Source: Eledone cirrhosa
Lineage: Eukaryota
Direction: 5' to 3'
NCBI GenBank assembly: GCA_964016885.1
Contig: OZ024740.1
Location: forward strand, 110,670,001-110,734,000
DNA length: 64,000 bases
How positions within the stretch are numbered: the first letter of the stretch is position 1; each line of letters begins with the position of its first letter. Both the position numbers and the translations under genes were made by a program. Under the pieces are notes generated by a model. That model did not search any database. It had not been told where the DNA came from and saw only the letters and a program-made list of their open reading frames with translations. This document shows, one piece after another, positions 54,884 through 64,000 of the stretch.

Positions 54884-55250
54884 ATAATTGTTTCTCCGTT
54901 AGGCACAAGGCCAGCAATTACCCAGTGTTTTACTGGTACTTTATTTTATCGACCCCGTAAGGATGAAAGGCAAAGTTAACCTCGGCGGGATTTGAACTCA
55001 GAATGGCAAGGGCCGTAACTCTATGCGGCAAAGCATGGCGTCCGACCGTCTACCGATACTGCCAATCCACAGCCCTTATACAACTTATAATAATGTTTCT
55101 ACTTTTGACACAAAGCCTGCAATTATCCCAGCGCATTACTGGTGCTTATTTTATCGACCCCGTAAGGATGATGAAGGCAACGTTAAGCTGGCGGTATAAC
55201 TCCTATACTGCAAAGCATGGTGTCTGACGCTCTACCGATACTGGCAAACC
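54884..55250 (-). mobile_element. Two tandem SINE family B copies
   Basis: 54884-55070 and about 55090-55250 both match 12115-12300. Confidence 0.82.
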
Positions 55251-55834
55251 AGTGCCCTACCCATATCAACAATAGTGAATTTTATTTTAGTTACATGGCC
55301 AATGATTTGGAGAGGAGAATAGCGACTAAACTGACATCAGTACTTTTTAGGTACTTTATTCGGACCAGATAAAATAAAGTACAGTTGACTTCGACGAGAT
55401 GTGAACTTAGAATGTAAAGAACGGGATAAATGCAGCCAATAATTATCCGACTTACTAACGGCTCAGTAACTGTTCACTAACGGTTCACTATCCAACTCAC
55501 TATCGACTCTGTCAATCTATACCTCTTCTTTTCTAATTCAAACATAAGGCAAGAAATTTAATCGGCTGAAGAGAACAACCGATTGAATTGATTCGAGTAC
55601 TGACTGGTGCTTATTTTATGAATACCTTGAGGATGAAAGGCAAATATGACCTTGGTAGAATTTGAACTCTAAACGCAAAGACATTTTATCCGACACTAAT
55701 GATTCTGATAATCAATACGAGCTAATGCATAAAAATGAACATTAAAACATTGAACTTACAAGTTATATAAAATTAAGGGAAAATGTAATCTCCCTCTCTT
55801 TCTTTTTCTCTACATATATATAAAGAGAGAGATA

Positions 55835-56023
55835 GCGAGAGAATGAGTCTGCAGTACTAAGACAGAAGAGACCACTAATCATGGGAGTACTCAATGCATG
55901 GGGAGATCAGAGGGGGCATAGAGATAGGTATAAATCCGGCCGCGGCGTCAAGCGGTTTCGGATTTACAAAGGCTTGCTGAACACACAAGCCGAAACCGTT
56001 TATCGCCGCGATCGGGATTATAC
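55835..56023 (-). mobile_element. Palindromic half-HHR element, diverged copy 3
   Basis: Imperfect arms 55928-55963 and 55988-56023; minus-strand tail (attgagtact...tggtct..tctg) resembles 50330-50400. Confidence 0.6.
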
Positions 56024-56663
56024 TGATATAGAAATATATTGTCTACCGCTCTGCCGATACTCGCAATCAATCGCACTCATCGTACTTAATAAAAATAGTA
56101 ATAATATATTTTATCTGAGAGAGAGGCCCCGGACGTAGGGGGCATAACAGAGGAAAGTTACATAAAGTGGTTGTGTGTGCGACGGGAGTGGGGGTCTGAA
56201 TATCGGATGAGTTAAAAAAAATAATAATAACAATTATAATAAAAGTATAAATGAAAATAAGAGAGTATTGAAGTTTGCTTGAAGCATTGTGGAATAATTG
56301 TTTTGGGGACCATGATGAGATTATTTTTAGGGGTGGGAGTAATATTTAAATTTTATTTTTTATGTGTTATTTGTTATTTGAGGGGTTTTTCCACGGAGAG
56401 AATTATTTCATTCACCGAACATACAAAATTGCGACAGCTAAGGTTTTTTAATTTTTTAAAATTGTTTTTTTTTTCAAATAAATTCCAATAAATTTCGTAA
56501 TCTGATATTTTAATTTTTCACCATTAGTTTCCAATGGCTGAAGCATATAGTTACAATTTGGGAAGCGAACACCTCCAGGCAAGTCGCCATCAATTTTCAC
56601 TAAAGCCAATTGGTTATTCGCAGTAAATTAAGCAGAGCAATAACAACAATAACATACACACAA

Positions 56664-56699
<36 letters not shown>

Positions 56700-56762
56700 G
56701 GATACGCACACTAACACTTACATACATACACACACATACATACGTGTATGCATACATACACC

Positions 56763-56796
<34 letters not shown>

Positions 56797-57097
56797 ACAT
56801 ATATAGATACACATACATACACATATACAGGCTCATGCATACATACATATACATATATACATTCACGCATACTTATACACATACAAACATACATACACAC
56901 ATAGATACATACATTCATATATACATATATACATACATGCATACATATATATATATACGAATAGAATAAATAATAGAAAGGAGAATAATATTATAAAACA
57001 AGACGCTATATAAATATAATAGCTATTAAGTGAAGTAAATTTGACATCAGGTTCTATGTACAGAAACATATCCACAGACACATACAGACACACGTGA

Positions 57098-57265
<168 letters not shown>

Positions 57266-57417
57266 TAACAGATTAAAGTTTAAGCAAAGAATCGCTGCTT
57301 TCACCCTTAACGGGATCTTCTGAAACTAACAAAGTCAATCTGTAAACACAGAACTGGATATTTCAAAAAACGTTGCAACCGCAGGAAGACAGGAAGACGA
57401 TACTTTGGTTCGTGGTA

Positions 57418-57690
57418 ACGTTCGCTGGCAAAGAACGGGAAAAAACGAATAATACGTCATTAATAGGAGCGGTGAAAAACAATTACGCGCAAAGACAAAA
57501 CCACGTTTATGGTATAAAAGAGGTCGTAGACTAATGTTCTCTTAGGTGGTGCATAGAGACGTTCTCTGGCAATGAACGAAAAAACGAAGATAATAAGTCA
57601 TATGTGGAGCGTGGAGAACAATAGCACGCAAAGACAAAACCACGTAAATGGTATAGCAGAAGTCGTAGACTAAAATTCTAACTAGGAGAC
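57418..57690. repeat. Diverged tandem duplication of about 140 bp
   Basis: cgcaaagacaaaaccacgt..atggtata..aga.gtcgtagacta occurs twice, about 139 bp apart. Confidence 0.8.
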
Positions 57691-57998
57691 CAAATGTATC
57701 TCCGCTACAGAGTTAAGAACAAAGTAAATAAATACAATACAGAACTAATAGAAACAAATAAATACATACACGCAAACAGATACGTACATACACAAGCATA
57801 CGCAAAACCTTACCATAGGTATACAAAACCACGCACATATAAATATGTGTGTATGTGTGTGTATTCTTGTGTACAAATAAATAAATAATTATATAAACGT
57901 ATATAAGTAAATAAATACGTATATAACAAGCGCACACACATATTGTTTTCTCGGTCCGATTAGACGAAAGTCGATCGACTGTCTATATAACGCATACT

Positions 57999-58078
<80 letters not shown>

Positions 58079-58439
58079 GAATGAAAAATGGCGTGCTATG
58101 TTGTTGCATTTGTGATAAACAAATTAAAATGAAGAATTAGAAATAGAAGCCAGGAATATCCATCATCAGTGGTATACTAGCCATCATAGGTATTTCTTCG
58201 TATTAAAGACCAGATACCTCAGGCTAGCGCGAACAATAACTAAAATATGTTATTGGGATAAAAAGAATTGGGTGGAGAAAAAGAGACAGGTAAATAAACA
58301 CGAACGGTGAGGCAACGTAAAGAGAAGAAAAAATTCGAAAATCAAGTCAATGATTCATTTGAACATAAGAACTTGCGAATATTTTGTATGCAGGGTAGAG
58401 CACTCGACGAAGTAAATATGCGGGTCAGTTCACTGTCTA

Positions 58440-58895
58440 TAATAATTGCACAAGGCCAGCAAATACTAAGTGCATTACTGGTATTTTATTTTATCGACCC
58501 CGTAAGGATGAAAGTCAAAGTTAACCCCGGCGGCATTTGAACTCAGACAATAAAGGGCCGTAACTCTTTGCTGCAAAGCATGGCGTCCGACCCTCTACCA
58601 ATAATAATTGTTTCTACTTTGGGCACAAGGCCAGCAATTACCCAGTACATTACCGGTCCTTTATTTTATCGAACCGTAAAGATGAAAGGCAAAGTTAACC
58701 TCAGCGGGATTTGAACTCAAAATGGCAAGCGCCGTAACTCTATGCGTGAAAGCATGGCGTCCGACCCTCTACTGATACTGCCACAATAATAATTGTTTCT
58801 GCTTATGGCACAAGGCCAGAAATTAACCAGTACATTACTGGTACTTTATTTTATCGACCCCGTAAGGATGATAGGCAAAGTTAACCTAGGCGGGA
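58440..58895 (-). mobile_element. Three head-to-tail SINE family B copies
   Basis: gcacaaggccag...ttttatcga...gatgaaag.caaagttaacc at about 58448, 58623 and 58809. Confidence 0.82.
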
Positions 58896-59119
58896 ATAAT
58901 AATGAAGTACAAATATACAGGTTAGAATTCACTTCATTTATTCACAATCGGTATTATATATATTTCGGTGGTAACGGTTACACAACAGTTATGACTTCAT
59001 CAGAAAAAACACAATGAAGAAATAAAATTTACTTCTGTTTTTTGGTTTCGTTGACATGCCCGGGTTGATATGTGGTCTTGCTTTCTCAAAGCACCGGTGA
59101 CATATGTATATATATACAT

Positions 59120-59728
59120 GGTGGCTGCCAACTCATTTTCGAGTACGGCCACTACTTTATATCCATGTAGGAGAACCTCTACCGATGCGCTGAAAGAGTG
59201 TGACTTTTTAGTCCAGCCAGCGACTTGAAAACTCTGATACAAACACTACACTTGTGACAATTATTGACACATAGTGCTGGGCTCACGGTACCATGTGACG
59301 ACAAGTGCAGAGAGATCTCCAGATATAAAGCAATGCCTGTGCCGTGAAGCTTTTATAGTGAGCAAAGGCACTGCAGAAAGCCAGTCCCACTCTCTTAACC
59401 AAGATGATATTTACCAAAAAGAAGAACAAGTCAACATCATTGGATATCATCAGGGTTGCAGGTGTTATATCAGAGTTTTCCTTCTCCTAGAATTCTGCCT
59501 TGACAAAGGCTAAGGGGTCATCTCTCCCGGTGATTTTGGATGGCCATTGACTCTTAAAAGCTCCTTTGCACTTTGACAGGTTTTGTTTTTAGTCCTGCAG
59601 GATGTCCAAAGTCACCCTCCTCACCAAGAGTCCTTGGTGTGGTTGCCAGTTTAGTCGCCAACGACCCGACCATGGGACAGATTGTACTGGGATACATGTT
59701 ACCAGTAGCACCAACTGGTGACCTGACA
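59120..59728 (-). mobile_element. RTE-UTR-like non-autonomous retroposon, longest copy
   Basis: Includes the 18434-18858 sequence plus about 180 extra 5' bases; ctaggagaaggaaaactctga motif; no ORF. Confidence 0.78.
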
Positions 59729-59755
59729 TATATATACATACATGCATACATACTA

Positions 59756-59881
<126 letters not shown>

Positions 59882-59904
59882 ACACACACACACATACCCT
59901 CCCC

Positions 59905-59970
<66 letters not shown>

Positions 59971-60214
59971 CATATATTAGAAAATAGCTTTCGCCGTATT
60001 TTTTTACTAAAGAAATTTTAGCCTGATAGTGGTGTTTATAACCATCTAAGAAATGGAAAAAGATGATTATTGTCGTAATACTCATACTTTTCCATTTCTA
60101 TCAGGCTAAAATTTCTTTAGTTAAAAAATACGGTGAAATTTTCTATTTTCGAATTTGAAACTCGCTCGCTGTTTCAAAGCATATTTTGAAACAGGTTAAT
60201 TATATATCTAAACG

Positions 60215-60272
60215 TTGCTAGTGCTGCTGAGATGATTCCAAACGGAAGTTTGGAAGAAACGATTGTCAGCAA
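60215..60272 (+). ncRNA. HHR-like motif with atypical core (also 60503-60560 on minus and 63132-63189 on plus)
   Basis: tgct GAGATGA ttccaaac-ggaa-gtttggaa GAAA cgattg TC agca. Confidence 0.65.
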
Positions 60273-60307
60273 TAAAATGTTTTGAACATAGTTTTGATTA
60301 TTCTGTA

Positions 60308-60455
<148 letters not shown>

Positions 60456-60462
60456 ATATATA

Positions 60463-63290
60463 TAAATTACAGAATAATCAAAACTATGTTCAAAACATTT
60501 TATTGCTGACAATCGTTTCTTCCAAACTTCCGTTTGGAATCATCTCAGCAGCACTAGCAACGTTTAGACATATAATTAACCTCCTATTCCACAGAACAAT
60601 TGCAAAGATACGTAGATATTAGTGTTGTCATTAACAGTGTCATATTTAAAGAGTGAAGATGATGTGGTCAGTATCAGTGGATGCGACAAAGATTATAACA
60701 GAATACAACAATTATAGAGGAATTAAAGAAGAAAGTTACTCGCAAAATAAGGACATTAGTGGTACATATACAAACGTATAGAAAGAGTGCAGAGGTATTA
60801 GGCATATACAGAATAACTAGGTAAGAAACAAGCAATGGTATTAAGCATATATATCACAGTATGGCAAAGGTATCACATAACACAATACAGGTATGAAAGT
60901 ATATTAAGCAGACAGTGATGCGTGGGTATGAAAAGCAGTTTCTATGAAGTTTATGGTGGATGCAGTGTGATAATTGTTCCGGTCATGTTCAAATGTGCAT
61001 GTATTGTGAGTATTTATATCAAGGTTTTCCTTTCCATTACATTGGTTATATTTTAGTAAATGTTTATTACTAGCCACAACTATGGATTGTATATTGCTCC
61101 TATTACAATCTTATCAAGGGTTAGAGTTGTTCTGGAGTGATCTGCCTAACGGTTTAATTCAGGAAGAGTACGAAGGGTAATATCAAACTTAACTACCATC
61201 AAAATAAACACCCCAATAATAATAATAATATAAACAGAAATATAAACAATACCTCAAATAACATTACAAAAAACAAAAATAGAACTAATACATTTTTCAA
61301 TCTAAACCTATCCACCAACTTGCCGAAGGCTTTCTTTTCAATCTTGTAAAATTACTTCCCAGTCGGCCAAAAATACCATAATCTTATCAATAAAAACACC
61401 ATTAAAATCTCTTACTCTACGACACCTAACATCGCGTACCATATAGTTAGTCGTAATAAAAGGAAGATTAATAATTATTTCCAACTAATTAGATCGCAAC
61501 AGGGGGTGAACTTACACAACAATATAGTACCAGAGAATTCTAGTAGCAATAATAATAATAGTAATAACACTAATGAAATTAATAACATTGAAATGATAAT
61601 CATCATTACCCTAATGCTATCCCTAACAAACAGAACTTGTCCCTTAGGAAAAAAATTGCTTAATCAAAAACATCATTTACTCATGCACAGTCATTACAAA
61701 CAACACTTCAAAAACATATCGGTTCTACTTCGAACTGGTTCAAGACGAGATATAACTCGCATCTTCACACTTTAAAAAATCGCAATCTAGCCAACTCCAC
61801 TTCTTTATCTAACTACATACACTCTCTGAAAACTAAGAATAGACCATATACACTTCAATGGGAAGTAATGTATAGGGCCGCATCGTATAAACCACCGAAT
61901 GGATTATGTAACCTCTCTCTTCTAGAGACTCGCACTATAATCTATTCTAAACTAAACCTTTTAAATAGAAAATCAAAAATGTTTTCCATGTGCCAACACT
62001 ACCACCGACAATCTTTCCACAACTTCAAACCTAGCTGTTAGTATATAACAATGTCAGATCTGGATTCCTCAACACCGTTAACACTTTACCTCTAGGTTTT
62101 ATCAGTATATAATTACCCCCACAGCATCACATTCTATGATCAGCTCATTCTTCCACTTATCTCCTGTTTATCTACAATAACTATTTGGAATAAACATAAA
62201 GTTACCACCATTTATTATAACTACAATAACTTCCTTACTAATATTTTATTCATTTAATTAATATATGGGTAGGTAGGTAGTGATAAAATGAGACATTTAA
62301 AATATTATATAGAAAAAAGATTGTATATAAAATTAAATATATAAATTTTAAAATAAATAGCATTATATAAAAAGGATTCACTTATAACATAATATATTGT
62401 ATATTAACACATATAATTTAACTAATTGGAGTTGTAAACAACTATACATTTTTCTCTTATACACACATTTATCGCCAATTACCTCCCTTTCCCATTAGCT
62501 CCCCTTAGTGCAGGTCTCTAATCACTTCCTGAAATTAAACCGTTAGACAGATCACTCAAGAACAACTCTAACCCTTAATAAGATTATAATAGGAGCAATA
62601 TACAATCCATAGTTGTAGCTAGTGATAAACATTTACTAAAATATAACCAATGTAATGGAAAGGAAAACCTTAATATTAATACTCACAACACATGCACATT
62701 TGAACATTACCGGAACAATTATCACTTTGCATCCACCATAAACTTCATAGAAACTGCTTTTCATACCCACGCATCTCTGTCTACTTAATATGCTTTTATA
62801 CCTGCATTGTGTTATATGATACCTTTGCCATACTGTGATATATATGTTTAGTACCATTGCTTGTTTCTTACCTGGTTATTCTGTACATGCCTAATACCTC
62901 TGCACTCTTTCTATACGTTTGTATATGTACTGCTAATGTCCTCATTTTGTGAATAACTTTTTTCTTTAATTCCTCTATAATTGTTGTATTCTTTTATAAT
63001 CTTTGTCGCATCCACTGATACTGACCACATCATCTTCACTCTTTAAATATGACACTGTTAATCACAACACTAACATCTACGTATTTTTGCAATTGTTCTG
63101 TGGAATAGGAGGTTAATTATATGTCTAAACGTTGCTAGTGCTGCTGAGATGATTCCAAACGGAAGTTTGGAAAAAACGATTGTTAGCAATAAAATGTTTT
63201 GAACATAGTTTTAATTATTCTATAATTTATATTCCGGCTCTGTAAAACATCTGATATATTTACATTGATCTATTTTTCTTAGTGGTAATA
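60463..63290 (+). mobile_element. 5'-truncated Naiad-like PLE with inverted 5' pLTR copy
   Basis: 60463-61166 is the reverse complement of 62525-63229. The interior 61200-62041 encodes decayed NKNTIKISYSTTPNI, TCPLG, FKTRYNSH, STSLSNYI, LCNL, LLNRKS...CQH. Confidence 0.88.
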
Positions 63291-63404
63291 AGGTGGTAAT
63301 GAATTACTGACCTTTCCTGTTTATAATTATATATAGTGTATATATAAGTATAAATAATATTATTATTATTATATATATATATATTATTATTATATATATA
63401 TTAA

Positions 63405-63435
<31 letters not shown>

Positions 63436-63459
63436 TTATTATATATATATATATATATA

Positions 63460-64000
63460 TTTCGTTTCTGAATTTGTTTAGCAAGATTCTTTATCTGAAA
63501 ACGTGTGTTGAAGCCGATATTGTTATACGTTGCCAATAAGAAACACACGCACCAGTCTTTTCACTTCAATTTATTATAAATTAAATTTATAAATTTAGGA
63601 ATTTATAAATTTTCGGTTGGTTGGTTGGTTCCACAACCAGACGATTGTTCATATACTGTCAAAGTTCTTTCGTCACATTCTGTGACCTCTTCAGTGACTG
63701 GGATTCTTTTCTTTGTTTTTGTGCCTCTCCTTTGTTCTGTCCTACGCCATCTTGTTTTTATTTGTGTTGTGTGCTTAGTTTGCGCATATGTTACATCCGG
63801 CTGTCTGTGTGTGTTTATATTTGTTTATTTATTTGTTTATTTACATGTTACTGGTTGGTTGTTTGTTCTATGTGTGTGTTTTCATTTTGTCCTTAATTGT
63901 AAGTTGTGATGTTGCTATTCCATTCATGCTTTCTATTTAATTTTGGTTGGAGTTCATTTATGTTTATTGTCTCTGTGATTTTCTAAACATTGCGTCTTTT
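63460..64000 (-). mobile_element. 3' end of a PLE continuing beyond the window
   Basis: Minus strand near 63900-64000 encodes KITETININELQPKLNRKHE (GIY-YIG C-terminus; compare KPKLN in ORF 1-1143), followed by a pLTR-like region with an HHR. Confidence 0.65.
63658..63698 (-). ncRNA. Type I hammerhead ribozyme
   Basis: Minus strand: gtca CTGAAGA g-gtcaca-gaa-tgtgac GAAA gaac TT tgac; one unpaired G at the base of stem II. Confidence 0.8.

Noticed and set aside
57948-57985. gtc..gac GAAA gtcgatcgac resembling an HHR 3' half
   Set aside because: No CUGANGA, the cleavage position would be G, and there is no stem I.

Overview
AT-rich, microsatellite-dense animal DNA, most likely octopus or another cephalopod (inferred from the SINE and repeat repertoire). 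I found no recognisable host exon; the window is almost entirely retroelements and repeats. It holds an open Neptune-like Penelope-like element (PLE) ORF running off the left edge, three decayed Naiad-like PLEs, the 3' end of another PLE at the right edge, fragments of R4/Dong, Tx1, CR1 and RTE LINEs, and many tRNA-derived SINEs. There is also a 60-bp minisatellite and a 12-kb, 43-bp satellite with higher-order structure. The main hidden layer is self-cleaving RNA. By eye I count nine type I hammerhead ribozyme (HHR) motifs with a canonical CUGANGA/GAAA core, three copies with an atypical core, and several decayed or half motifs. Many lie outside any ORF, in small non-coding elements inserted into (TA)n tracts. 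Two stand out: a ~435-nt circularly permuted, retrozyme-like unit present twice, and a ~200-bp palindromic family that looks like an HHR folded back at stem II. All calls are by inspection only; many boundaries are approximate and ribozyme activity is untested.
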